Origin: an uncultured virus (IMG/VR IMGVR_UViG_3300024420_000237)
Taxonomy: Duplodnaviria; Heunggongvirae; Uroviricota; Caudoviricetes
Reading direction: 5' to 3' (one strand)
Length of the DNA: 64,000 bases
Virus record (IMG/VR): IMGVR_UViG_3300024420_000237
Location: 1-64,000 of that record
Below the pieces are notes generated by a model, which was not told where the DNA came from, did no database searches, and was given only the letters and a program-made list of their open reading frames with translations. Numbering within the stretch: the first letter of the stretch is position 1; each line of letters begins with the position of its first letter. Shown here in pieces: positions 19,435-29,450 of this stretch. A program made the translations under genes and the position numbers.

Positions 19435-20847
19435 TTATTTCTCTCCGATAATCATATAACGGTTATAATACTCTAATGCTAATGTTCCTCTGAATAATTC
19501 TTTTGACATGTTTAGTTCTTTAGCCCAACTATCAACATCTGTTTTAGTATTAACAACAGTTTCGTCATCATGTTCAATAAAATCATTATTTTGTAATATC
19601 ACTAGCGTTCCTTTTGGAATAGCATTCCACCATTTATCAAATTCTGCAATATGCTCACAACTAGTATTGATAACACATGTTGGTTGTCCAATTGTATGTG
19701 TCGTATCCATAACTTCGAACTTTACTGCATCACTGTATTTATAATGTTTTATCGGTAGTGTTTCTTCTGAGAATTTTAAGTCTGCGACATCTTTAACAAA
19801 TGCTTTGAATTTCATTTGGTCAATGATATATTCTTTATTAAGTGTGTCTGCTGGATTGTCCGTACTTGGATCTATATCAAAACTGTATATATTTCCTTCA
19901 ATCTTGCAACGTTCAAATAGCAACGCTGGTAGAACACCATACCATCCTGCACATGTATATATTGTTTTACCCAAATCAATTTCATAATTATTTACTATAT
20001 CTGTTAACCATAATTTAGATTGTAATTGCCCTCTACTGAATGCATCAGTTAATGCATCGCCTTCAAAACGATTAATCATCTTTTTCATGTTCATAGGAAT
20101 AGTATACTTTCCCTCAGTGATGGTATGTGCTAATTCAAATATCTTTGTCTTAAATATTGTTGCACTTTTAACTTGTGAAATTTCTTCATTTGATTCATCG
20201 AACCCTTGAATAACTTTGAACAATAAAAATAAGTCTGGGTCTGTATCAACTGCAATAATATTTTTTAATGCACTAAATATTTCATCATCAGGATATTCAA
20301 TATTCATTATTACTCTGAATAATAATTCAGTTTGTGATTTAATAAAGTTATGATTACCACATACATTTTTTAATGCACCTAACCCTTCCTCATCATCGAT
20401 TAATTTCTCTAATATATTAAACAATAAGAATATTAAATCTCTATCAAACTCGCCATCTTCGGCACAAACGATATTTTTTAAATCGTCCAAGGCATCTGTT
20501 TCATTTGGGTACATCCCATTTAAAACTCTGAAAACAAGATACATTGATTTTCTATCAATAGTTTCACATGCCATGAAGTTACGTAATGCATCCAATGAAT
20601 CTTTGTCTTGAGATATTTTGTCTAACACTTTGAACAGGACGAATGTGTTATCACAAACTTGTCTCTCATAAACAAGATTCATTAGAGCATTCATGTTTGC
20701 TCTATGTTTCTTACCTAAGAAGTAAGAAGATAAAGTAAACACGCTACTGAGTTCCTCAGTATTGACAATTCTTTCTAACTCAGATAGCATCGGTCTACTA
20801 TTCCCATAAAGTAGATTTAGTCTATCTGCAATTTCATATGGCTTCAT
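19435..20847 (-). CDS. Helical-repeat N-domain + class I SAM-dependent methyltransferase-like C-domain
   Basis: Repeated LLF(K/R/N)(V/I) helices in the N-half; CAGWYG, SFDID, VINTSCEH and VILQ.N in the C-half. Confidence 0.65.
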   Translation of the reverse strand: MKPYEIADRLNLLYGNSRPMLSELERIVNTEELSSVFTLSSYFLGKKHRANMNALMNLVYERQVCDNTFVLFKVLDKISQDKDSLDALRNFMACETIDRKSMYLVFRVLNGMYPNETDALDDLKNIVCAEDGEFDRDLIFLLFNILEKLIDDEEGLGALKNVCGNHNFIKSQTELLFRVIMNIEYPDDEIFSALKNIIAVDTDPDLFLLFKVIQGFDESNEEISQVKSATIFKTKIFELAHTITEGKYTIPMNMKKMINRFEGDALTDAFSRGQLQSKLWLTDIVNNYEIDLGKTIYTCAGWYGVLPALLFERCKIEGNIYSFDIDPSTDNPADTLNKEYIIDQMKFKAFVKDVADLKFSEETLPIKHYKYSDAVKFEVMDTTHTIGQPTCVINTSCEHIAEFDKWWNAIPKGTLVILQNNDFIEHDDETVVNTKTDVDSWAKELNMSKELFRGTLALEYYNRYMIIGEK

Positions 20848-21791
20848 TACTTAAGCCCCATTTTCATAAAGAATTGTTTATCTCCAACTGTAATCACTCC
20901 GCTGTATTGTTCAAATGACATCGGAAATCTTAAGTTGAAATTTTGTGAACTTGGAAACGGCCTTGGCACATCACCAGTTTCACCAACTACTATTACTCTT
21001 TTTGTATCTGGAATCATTTCATACCAATCCTGGAAATTAGTTAAATGACTAACACTACAATTAATAATAGTACCTGGTATCTCTTTGTAAGGTGCTGAAA
21101 GTTTTCCACTCTGCAAACGTGTTTGAAATTCATTTTCAATGTAATTAATATCAAATAAATCCTGAGTGTTTGCTTTGAACCTCCAGTCTTGTAGTAATTC
21201 TTTCTTATGTAATTCATCTGCCAAGAATTGGCCAGTACCATTGATATCAAATGAACGAATATTTTCAAAACGCATCTTCGTATCTAATAGCATAGAAGCC
21301 AATAGGCCTATACCACCACCTAGTAGATATACTACGCCAATGTATTTCTGACCATATACATAAATCATTTGCTGTATAATCCAACTATACAACTGTGCAT
21401 TTTCTTTATTAGCAAACGAACTGATATCTACATTCGGATAACTATAAATCATATCTTTAAATCTATCTACGATTGCATCATTATCCGTTAACTTGACATG
21501 TGCTAAAAACTCCATTGCACATCTATAATTATATAATTGCTGGCTGACGTTTTCTTTTGAATAATCGACTGCCATAGTTTGATAATCATAATCTTTTGCA
21601 AGTATATCTCGTTTAATCTTTCTACGTTTTCCAGGTGTAGATGTTATTTTAATAGCTTCGCTTTCAGGTATATCTTGTACTACTTCTGAACTAATATCCA
21701 CTGATGGGTCTTTGCTATCATAAAGGTCGTCTGACTTTGTTATTTTACTTTTATCAAATCTGGCCTTCCGTCTTTCTTGTATTTTACTCAT
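20847..21791 (-). CDS. Class I methyltransferase-like protein, paralog of downstream gene
   Basis: LLGGGIG, SFDIN, IINCSVSHL and FMKMG parallel the motifs of 19435..20847. Confidence 0.6.
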   Translation of the reverse strand: MSKIQERRKARFDKSKITKSDDLYDSKDPSVDISSEVVQDIPESEAIKITSTPGKRRKIKRDILAKDYDYQTMAVDYSKENVSQQLYNYRCAMEFLAHVKLTDNDAIVDRFKDMIYSYPNVDISSFANKENAQLYSWIIQQMIYVYGQKYIGVVYLLGGGIGLLASMLLDTKMRFENIRSFDINGTGQFLADELHKKELLQDWRFKANTQDLFDINYIENEFQTRLQSGKLSAPYKEIPGTIINCSVSHLTNFQDWYEMIPDTKRVIVVGETGDVPRPFPSSQNFNLRFPMSFEQYSGVITVGDKQFFMKMGLK

Positions 21792-24700
21792 CGTTAAAGT
21801 CCTGTTTAAATTGTTTAGTCAACCAATCATAGTCATTGATTAGTCCTAATTTTTCTGGGTTGCCCGCATTTTCACTTCCAAACTTTCTGCCTGCGTTTGC
21901 ACCTGCTATTGAATACTTACCATAGGGAACATTCTCATCAGCAACCGTACACCAAATATTAAGTCTTTCATTATCATCACCCTCTTTACGATTGTGAATA
22001 ATGCTTGAACTTAATTTAGTACATTCTCTGAATGCAGACTTCCATGTGTCATATGGATTGGTATTAAATGCTGTGTAGTTTGCAACAACTGGCATTGGTT
22101 TAAATTTATCTGAAATTGACGTTGTAAAGTCAATGTTCCAATCTTTTGCATCACGCACTAATTGTGTTGGGAATAGTTTTAGTCCACCGAAACCATATAT
22201 CAATCCATTAATAGGATTTTTAGACTTCCAAACATGAACTGCATCTTCGTCCCATACTGTCGGGAAATATTCGAATTCGAATTCATCTGTAATTATCGCA
22301 TCAGCATCCAGTACATAAAACATTTTAGTATCTGCAATTTCAGCCGCACGTTTATGAGCATTAAAGATACCTTTAACTCCGTGAACTCGTTTTGCATTTG
22401 GTACACGTGAAAGTAATTTAGCATAATTTTCTTCTGCTTCTTTTTCACGATAGGAAAGAAACACTACATCAAAGGCAATATCTTTTGAAGACGCTTTCTT
22501 AGACTTAACTGGTTTCTTATTCTTGAAATTCATTTTTCTAAGTTTGTCATCATCGGGCTTCAACTCTTTTAGAGCGGCAGTGGGTATAAGGCTTAGTCCA
22601 CCATATTGATGAACGTAACCAGTGTAGGGATTTTCTTTTGGCCATACATGAAAGTGTGACTTGTGATGCCTGTCTACATAATATGTTCTACTGAAATCTT
22701 CTGTTAATTCTACATCATTATTGATAGCCCAGAAGTAACCCGATTTGGTCATACCTGCGGCTTTCATATATGCTTTATCAAGTCCTTTACTTGCATCAAT
22801 TACATCGATATTCGTATGTTCATTAAAATACTTGGCATGTTCTTTGTACATACCTTCATCAAAATAGAATGCAGGATGTCCTACAACTCTACTTGCTATC
22901 TCATCAACTCGGATAATATTTTTAAATCTATCGAATGAGAAGTCTTCTTCACTTGGATTAAATTTTTCAAGATGAGGTCTATGAACTAGATATACTCCAG
23001 CTTCTTTTCCTTCTTCGCTTTTAAATGCAAACACATTTTCAATAGAAAAGATATCAGGATAGTAATCAAATTCAAATGTATCTAATAACTCTACCGCGGT
23101 ATCTATTACCCAATAAAACACCCTACCTTTTGATTGCTTATACGCTTTGAAAGGATCACGTGTGAAATACTTTTTAATATTATGTTTGTCCGGCACTCTC
23201 ATACCATACTCATCATGTAGATTAACATTTTCTGAATGATAATCTTTATTACTAAATGCTAGTCCGCCATGACCTAAATCTTTGCCTTTTCTTGAACGTT
23301 GTTTCCAAATATGACTTGGACCTAAATTATATAAGTCAGGATAATAATCATCTATCATTGGATTAATAAGTTTTAAGTCAGGATTGACCATCCAGAAAGT
23401 ATAATTATTTGCAAGTTCCACTGCTTCTTCTAGTGTTCTTGCTTCTACTATTTCTATTTCTTTTAATGTACCTACGATTAAATCTACATCTTTTTGTTTT
23501 TCTTCGTTAGGATTACGAGGTACAAGTCTTATACCGTTACGCACAGGCATACCAGTTGATGTATTAACTTTAAAGTTATGAATTGCGTCACTATCATATA
23601 ACATAGGATAATAACTACAGTCAAAATCTTTTACATCTTCGTGTACTAACCAGTACATTGCTGTATCGACTTCGTAATTTAAATCTAATAGATTAGTCGT
23701 TTTAATAATAGGAAATTCTACATCACGAACTTGTTCATCAGTTTCATAGATAGCTTTACGTTTAAAGTTAAACTTTTCATATTGACTTTCTGTGAATAAA
23801 TTAATATCTTTTCTGAATAATCCTAACCCATAGTATTCTCTAGGTGTGCCATCTTTATTTGTTCGTTGCCAAACAACTATTTGCTGTCTAGCTTCTTCTG
23901 TCATAGAAAATTCAAACTCATAATCGAATTTAAAATCCCATATTGCAGTATCTGGTGTAATAATATAATAATAATTATATTTACTTTGTTCTCTTGCTTG
24001 TTCGTGAACTTCTAAGGCATTGCCAGATAGTTTTTTAATTCTGTGTTCAAATTTATCTTGCAATTCTTTGAAATTGCTTTCACCCCAACCTTTATCCCAG
24101 AAAAATATATCATAGTCTGGAATATATGTCATGTCTAATTCATGCTCTTTAATATTATATTCATCGTATTCGGATGCAATATAAATTAACCCCTTACTTA
24201 GGACATGGGCAGATACCATGTCATATAAATCAGGATACCAACCAAATGTATGTTCTAAATTAAATTTAGATTCTATTGCTGGATCCACTATAATAGTAGG
24301 ATATGTTTCAATACGTGAGAGCCCACCTTTTAATGTGCTTGAATGAATTACAGGAATACGTTTCAAAGTACCAAGTACTTTGTCAACATCTTTCTGCTTT
24401 TCTTCATCGTAATTTCTTGGAACTAATCTAATTCCATTACGAACTTCTGTAGTACCGATAGTGACTTTAAAGTTATGAATATTATCTTTGTCATAACTCA
24501 TAGGATAATAATCAGTGACAAAATCATCAACATCATTACTTACTAACCAAACCATTTCAGTATCACATGATTTAATTTGCGATAAATCCATTAGATTATC
24601 TGTGCGAACTAAATCATATTCAACCGGCTTAATAACTTCTGAAGGAATATATAATGCTTTGCGTCTAAAATCAAAACGCTGATACTTATTTTCAGTGAAT

Positions 24701-26352
24701 AGATTAAAATCTTTTCTGAATAAGCCTACGCCTTGATATTCAAGTACATTATTCTTATAGTCTGTTTTCTGCCATACAACAATTTGCTGACGGCTTGCCT
24801 CTGTTAAAGAAAAATCAAACTCATAATCAAAGTTAAAATCGGTTACGGTCGTATCACTTGTGATAACGTAGTAATAGTTATATGTAGAATTCTTCTGTGC
24901 ATGTTCATGCAACTCTGTTAATGTTTCTGTATTCATTGATTGAATACGTGGGAAACGTTGCTGTAATTCAGTAAAGTTATTATTACCAAACCCACGATCC
25001 CAGAAATATATATCATAGTCAGGAACATGTGATATCTCTGCCGCATCTTCATAAAACTGCATATTGTATTCATCATAATCACCTGCAACGAATACTACAC
25101 CTTTACCTAATGCATGAGCAGTTGCCAAATCATACAAGTCAGGATAGAATGAATAATTGCTATCTAACTCAACTGCTGGATCAACAATAAGAGCAGGAAA
25201 AGTTTCAACTGAATCTATTCCTCCCTGTAATGTACTTGCTGATATAATAGGTACTTGCTTGATTGTACCTATACAATCTGGCATATCTTTTTGTTTGTCC
25301 TCATCGGGTTTATTAGGGACGAGACGGATGCCATTACGCACTTCATTATTACCAGACATGACTCTAAAGTTATGAATGAATTCTCTATCATAACTAAATG
25401 GATAATATTCAGTAGTAAATTCTTCGACATCCTCATGAATTAGCCAGTACATATCCGTATCAACTTTGTGACTCAAATCATGCATGTCACGTGTTCTGAT
25501 AATCGGAAACTCTAAGTCTTTGCATATAGCATCTTTCTCATAGACTGCTTTCTTTCTGAAATTAAATATTTCATACTCACGTTCCTTGAACATAGGTCCT
25601 TCTTTAGGGAATAATCCTAGTCCATGATATTCACGTGTCAAATTAGTCATTGGATTTTGCTTTTGCCAGACAACAACCTTTTGTTTTTCTTTATCAAGTC
25701 CAAATGCAAAAGAATAATCGAATTTAAATGTATCAAATACTTCTGTGTTTGGATGAATTAAATAATAAAAATCTGTGCGGGCTAATTCTCTGCACTTGCT
25801 ATGCACATCGATATTAGTTTCGCCAGTTACTGTCTTAATTTCAGGAAAACGTTCACGTAATTTATTGAGGTTATCGACTCCAAAGTCTTTCTCCCAATAA
25901 AATATGTCATATGTTTCTGTAGTAGGCTTATACACAACATTATTTGAGTCATGCGATTTGAACTCGCCAGTCAAATAATAAGCATCTTTGATATATGCTT
26001 CGGACTGCTTAAGAACTTCGCTTGTCTTAAATAATTTGACACCAACAACTGAACGCCATACATTTCTTTCTTCTGCATTCCATACGTGAATGATATCTTC
26101 ATCCCATTCATTAGTCTGAAAATCATAATCAAAAGATAAATCAACCTCAACATCTGGATCAATAACCCAGAAGTGTTTAGTGTTAGCGACACTACCAATT
26201 TTCTTGATTGCTGACGTTATCTTAGGGTCATTCCAATCTTCTAAATTGATTTTAACCATACGAAAGTTAGGATACTTTTTCTGTATCTTATCATATCGTT
26301 CATTGGTTTCTCTATCGTTCTTATAGGTTAGAAAGAATCCATCGTAAGCCAT
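21784..26352 (-). CDS. Giant tandem-repeat protein of GT-A-like (glycosyltransferase-like) modules
   Basis: C-terminal module FDVVFLSY..AHK.AA..FYVLDADA..HVW..GGLKLFP has a DxD motif; the same pattern recurs degenerately about 13 times. Confidence 0.8.
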   Translation of the reverse strand: MAYDGFFLTYKNDRETNERYDKIQKKYPNFRMVKINLEDWNDPKITSAIKKIGSVANTKHFWVIDPDVEVDLSFDYDFQTNEWDEDIIHVWNAEERNVWRSVVGVKLFKTSEVLKQSEAYIKDAYYLTGEFKSHDSNNVVYKPTTETYDIFYWEKDFGVDNLNKLRERFPEIKTVTGETNIDVHSKCRELARTDFYYLIHPNTEVFDTFKFDYSFAFGLDKEKQKVVVWQKQNPMTNLTREYHGLGLFPKEGPMFKEREYEIFNFRKKAVYEKDAICKDLEFPIIRTRDMHDLSHKVDTDMYWLIHEDVEEFTTEYYPFSYDREFIHNFRVMSGNNEVRNGIRLVPNKPDEDKQKDMPDCIGTIKQVPIISASTLQGGIDSVETFPALIVDPAVELDSNYSFYPDLYDLATAHALGKGVVFVAGDYDEYNMQFYEDAAEISHVPDYDIYFWDRGFGNNNFTELQQRFPRIQSMNTETLTELHEHAQKNSTYNYYYVITSDTTVTDFNFDYEFDFSLTEASRQQIVVWQKTDYKNNVLEYQGVGLFRKDFNLFTENKYQRFDFRRKALYIPSEVIKPVEYDLVRTDNLMDLSQIKSCDTEMVWLVSNDVDDFVTDYYPMSYDKDNIHNFKVTIGTTEVRNGIRLVPRNYDEEKQKDVDKVLGTLKRIPVIHSSTLKGGLSRIETYPTIIVDPAIESKFNLEHTFGWYPDLYDMVSAHVLSKGLIYIASEYDEYNIKEHELDMTYIPDYDIFFWDKGWGESNFKELQDKFEHRIKKLSGNALEVHEQAREQSKYNYYYIITPDTAIWDFKFDYEFEFSMTEEARQQIVVWQRTNKDGTPREYYGLGLFRKDINLFTESQYEKFNFKRKAIYETDEQVRDVEFPIIKTTNLLDLNYEVDTAMYWLVHEDVKDFDCSYYPMLYDSDAIHNFKVNTSTGMPVRNGIRLVPRNPNEEKQKDVDLIVGTLKEIEIVEARTLEEAVELANNYTFWMVNPDLKLINPMIDDYYPDLYNLGPSHIWKQRSRKGKDLGHGGLAFSNKDYHSENVNLHDEYGMRVPDKHNIKKYFTRDPFKAYKQSKGRVFYWVIDTAVELLDTFEFDYYPDIFSIENVFAFKSEEGKEAGVYLVHRPHLEKFNPSEEDFSFDRFKNIIRVDEIASRVVGHPAFYFDEGMYKEHAKYFNEHTNIDVIDASKGLDKAYMKAAGMTKSGYFWAINNDVELTEDFSRTYYVDRHHKSHFHVWPKENPYTGYVHQYGGLSLIPTAALKELKPDDDKLRKMNFKNKKPVKSKKASSKDIAFDVVFLSYREKEAEENYAKLLSRVPNAKRVHGVKGIFNAHKRAAEIADTKMFYVLDADAIITDEFEFEYFPTVWDEDAVHVWKSKNPINGLIYGFGGLKLFPTQLVRDAKDWNIDFTTSISDKFKPMPVVANYTAFNTNPYDTWKSAFRECTKLSSSIIHNRKEGDDNERLNIWCTVADENVPYGKYSIAGANAGRKFGSENAGNPEKLGLINDYDWLTKQFKQDFNDE
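24090..25915 (-). repeat. Starts of three internal ~300-aa repeat units in the 1522-aa protein
   Basis: YDIFYWEK, YDIYFWDR and YDIFFWDK about 0.9 kb apart, each followed by (V/I)VVWQ, GLF, IHNF.V, RNGIRLVP and YPDLY. Confidence 0.85.
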
Positions 26353-26378
26353 TGTTGTCCTGTCATGTTCATACTATT

Positions 26379-26407
26379 ATTATAGCAGATTACGTCTTGC
26401 TTGTAAA
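26379..26407 (-). promoter_or_regulatory. Sigma70-type promoter for giant GT-like gene
   Basis: On the minus strand TTTACA, 17 bp, TGc-TATAAT; AGGA SD before ATG 26352. Confidence 0.7.
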
Positions 26408-27955
26408 GACCAAAGTTTGATAAAAGTTAGCAAAATCTGTTGCATCTTTAACATCATTGACGATTGGCATACCCTTGATATTGAGTGATGTATTAACTAA
26501 CATAGGACAACCAGTTTTATCATGAAATCGTGTTAATAATTCATGTAGGCCTGCATGTTGTTCTTTGTTAACTGTTTGCACACGTGAAGTACCGTCTTTG
26601 TGAATAATTGCTGGGAAGTCTTTTGGATGCTTACACTTTGCAATAAATTGCATGTAAGGACCCGAAGGACCGTCAAAGTATTCATCGACATATTCTTCTA
26701 ATATCATAGGAGCAAATGGTCTAAACTTCTGTCTACGTTTAATCTCATTCATTCTATCTTTAATATCATCACCACGTGGGTCTGCTGTTAATGTTCTATT
26801 GCCTAATGCACGTGGACCGAACTCTGCACGACCCGATGCAATGCCACAAATTGAACCTTTGATTAATGCATTGTAAACATCTTCGACAGGATACTCTCCA
26901 GGTATGTCATGTCCAAGATATGGGCTGTTCCATTTAATTCTTTCACGTGAATATTTTTGAGTGACACCGATACAACTACCTGCATCACCTGGATTAGGCA
27001 TAATCCATACTGATTTGAAATAATCTTTTATTATACTATTTGCACTACAATTCAAAGCACAACCGCCCATCAGAACTAAATTCTCTGAATGACATTTTAA
27101 TTTTGCTTTAATTAATATTTCAGATAATATCATTTCATAAACATATTGCGTTGCGGCGGCTAAGTCGAATAAGTCTTGTTCCTCTTTTAATTCAGGTAAG
27201 AACCATCGACAACCACGATGCAAATTCTCTGTAAATCTTATTAGAGTACTCGACTCCATACCGTAACCAACTAACCCAGACTCATGTAGAATACCAAACT
27301 CATCATATATATGTTGAATTAATTCTTTGCCTTCATATAATCTGTGTGGATCACCATAAGCGGCCATACCCATTAAAATATATTCATCTTCTTGAGGCTT
27401 TAATCCAAGACGTTGTGTCATTGCTGAATAAAATAAACCTATTGAACTTGGATAACTCTGAGAATATACCTTCTCTAATCTCATTCCACGTCCCTTCCAG
27501 AACGTAAGTGTTTCGAATTCACCTATTGAATCGATAACAACTATCGTAGCTTCATCATATGGCGAAGTGAAATAACCACTTGCGGCATGGGTATAATGAT
27601 GCTTTTGATATTTAATTGGAATATGTTTTAATTGTGGGAATTTTTCTAAGTATTGACTCGGTAATTCACTGGTATCTAAACTTAATTGCCATTGACCTGC
27701 ACGTAATTGACGTAATTTTTTAAGCATTGGCTTCTCATACCAAGCAATTATATCAGGCTTACCGCCATAATTAATAGCATCATTTAATAATGCATCATTT
27801 AAATCAGAGTCATTTTTCTTTTTAGAGTATCGTTCGGCATGCCCGGCAAATAAAATCTCGCCATCATGGACGATTGATACAGCGGCATCGTGGTTAATCG
27901 CACCACTGATACCCATTATAACAGGCTCACGCCTATTTATAAATGAATGGATCAC
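26390..27955 (-). CDS. Carbamoyltransferase (NodU/CmcH/TobZ family)
   Basis: GIS..HDAA, ERYS..K, HH..HA, VIDSIGE, EYILMGMAAYG, GGCALN, GDAG, EFGPRALGNR, FRPFAP, DGTSRVQTV, NTSLN. Start may be ATG 27916. Confidence 0.95.
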   Translation of the reverse strand: MIHSFINRREPVIMGISGAINHDAAVSIVHDGEILFAGHAERYSKKKNDSDLNDALLNDAINYGGKPDIIAWYEKPMLKKLRQLRAGQWQLSLDTSELPSQYLEKFPQLKHIPIKYQKHHYTHAASGYFTSPYDEATIVVIDSIGEFETLTFWKGRGMRLEKVYSQSYPSSIGLFYSAMTQRLGLKPQEDEYILMGMAAYGDPHRLYEGKELIQHIYDEFGILHESGLVGYGMESSTLIRFTENLHRGCRWFLPELKEEQDLFDLAAATQYVYEMILSEILIKAKLKCHSENLVLMGGCALNCSANSIIKDYFKSVWIMPNPGDAGSCIGVTQKYSRERIKWNSPYLGHDIPGEYPVEDVYNALIKGSICGIASGRAEFGPRALGNRTLTADPRGDDIKDRMNEIKRRQKFRPFAPMILEEYVDEYFDGPSGPYMQFIAKCKHPKDFPAIIHKDGTSRVQTVNKEQHAGLHELLTRFHDKTGCPMLVNTSLNIKGMPIVNDVKDATDFANFYQTLVFTSKT

Positions 27956-28049
27956 GCTTCTTTAATTCCTCTAATCTTTTTTTCATTTCTCTACGTCTTT
28001 TGAACTCTGTCCAAGGGTAAAGAATAATATCGACTATTCTTTTAATCAT
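27933..28049 (-). CDS. 38-aa basic peptide ending DPFIYK (not in ORF track)
   Basis: Read by hand: MIKRIVDIILYPWTEFKRRREMKKRLEELKKRDPFIYK; ATGA overlap with upstream stop; AGGA SD. Confidence 0.75.
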   Translation of the reverse strand: MIKRIVDIILYPWTEFKRRREMKKRLEELKKRDPFIYK

Positions 28050-28765
28050 GATTTTCTTCCTTTGATATCCTGATGTAATATCTCAGCCCATTCGGCGTGA
28101 GCATCTTCATCTGGATGCATATAACGTTCATCTCCTTCTACAGGAAAGAACATTTTCTTTTCATACATATAAGTAAAAAACGTTTGGTCTTCATATATTT
28201 TACTCATATCTAATTGTTTATAAACTGAAACCATATCACTTTGCTCACATAACTCTGTGAACTTAGTTGGCTCTAATAAATTAGGAGTTAAATTAAGTGA
28301 ATTAAATATTAAATAAGGTATATTATTTGCCTTAAAGAAACTCTGTAACGTAATTAAATGAATTAGATAACAATGAAAATCATATATAGGAGACCAAAAG
28401 TTCTTCATATATAATTGATTAAATAAATCTAAATCACGGTTAGTTTGCTCATCTAAATTAATATTCCCATGATACTCATGCGATGGAATATTATGAATTA
28501 ATAAATTCTTGCTCTCAATAAAATGCTCTCTACGAGTAGGAGCGGTCATACCAATAGCAACAAAATCAACTTTTTCACCTGCTGATAGCTTCTCGCTTAC
28601 AGTAGTAATAGTATTACGAACAATATAATTATTCGATACTCCACGCTGTGCCTCTGTTTCTACATCAGAAATGTTTAACTTTTCTGCAAGTACAAAAGGC
28701 CATGCCCTGTCTTTATGGGCTAGACCAGTTCCATATGTGAAACTGCATCCGTTTGCATATAACAT
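28046..28765 (-). CDS. SGNH/GDSL hydrolase-like protein
   Basis: ANGCSFTYG (block I Ser), GVSN, C-terminal HPDEDAH..WA. Confidence 0.75.
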   Translation of the reverse strand: MLYANGCSFTYGTGLAHKDRAWPFVLAEKLNISDVETEAQRGVSNNYIVRNTITTVSEKLSAGEKVDFVAIGMTAPTRREHFIESKNLLIHNIPSHEYHGNINLDEQTNRDLDLFNQLYMKNFWSPIYDFHCYLIHLITLQSFFKANNIPYLIFNSLNLTPNLLEPTKFTELCEQSDMVSVYKQLDMSKIYEDQTFFTYMYEKKMFFPVEGDERYMHPDEDAHAEWAEILHQDIKGRKS

Positions 28766-28788
28766 ATAATATTCCCTTTTTAATTAAC

Positions 28789-29421
28789 TTAATTATAACT
28801 CAAATCGTCTGAAATAGCAAGTGTTTTCTCGTATTTAAAACATCCAAGTAGTGCTATTCTTGGCTCATCAGTATCAATATATACTGAATGATCCCAATTA
28901 GTATTTATATACCAAACTTCTCCGGGCTTCATTATTCTCTCATGTTCAACCCCACGTTTAGTAATAACAAATCTATGTTCCCCACGCATAATCATAGTAA
29001 ACCTATCGATATGTGGTTGGTCTATATGTGGTTCTATTCTTTCTGTTGACTTCATCCATCCCATACGTAATCTATATAACTCAGGTACAGACAATATATC
29101 ACGTAATTCATTTATAACAGGTATATATTTTACATTATGAACAGTCCAATCATATTCATTAACAGGTTCTGCAACTGCGGGTTTAGATATTAATTTCTGA
29201 TGATAGTTACGAGTATTAACTAAGGTCATAAATTCATCACTCATATTATATGCATCTAAGTTAACTGACTTACGCAAACCAATACTTACATCCAGTACAT
29301 CTTCTTCTGGTTGGGTATCATATAATTCATTAATTAATTCTAGGTTCATCGAACTCATATGTCCAAGACAATTAAATAATGGCTTATCAATTCGGTTACG
29401 TGCTACGCTTCTTTTATCCAT
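28789..29421 (-). CDS. Cupin / Fe(II)-2OG oxygenase-like protein
   Basis: RLR....IEPHID (HxD), MKPGEVWYINT..DHSV, RIALL. Confidence 0.7.
   Translation of the reverse strand: MDKRSVARNRIDKPLFNCLGHMSSMNLELINELYDTQPEEDVLDVSIGLRKSVNLDAYNMSDEFMTLVNTRNYHQKLISKPAVAEPVNEYDWTVHNVKYIPVINELRDILSVPELYRLRMGWMKSTERIEPHIDQPHIDRFTMIMRGEHRFVITKRGVEHERIMKPGEVWYINTNWDHSVYIDTDEPRIALLGCFKYEKTLAISDDLSYN
28792..28820 (-). promoter_or_regulatory. Sigma70-type promoter
   Basis: On the minus strand TTGCTA, 17 bp, TATAAT; AAGGGA SD before ATG 28765. Confidence 0.6.
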
Positions 29422-29435
29422 GAATTTACTCCCTG

Positions 29436-29450
29436 ATAAATACTATTTAT
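29436..29450. promoter_or_regulatory. Palindromic ATAAATA-C-TATTTAT element between divergent genes (candidate bidirectional late promoter)
   Basis: Perfect 7-bp inverted repeat across a 27-bp intergenic gap; each half matches the ATAAATA motif seen before other genes. Confidence 0.55.
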
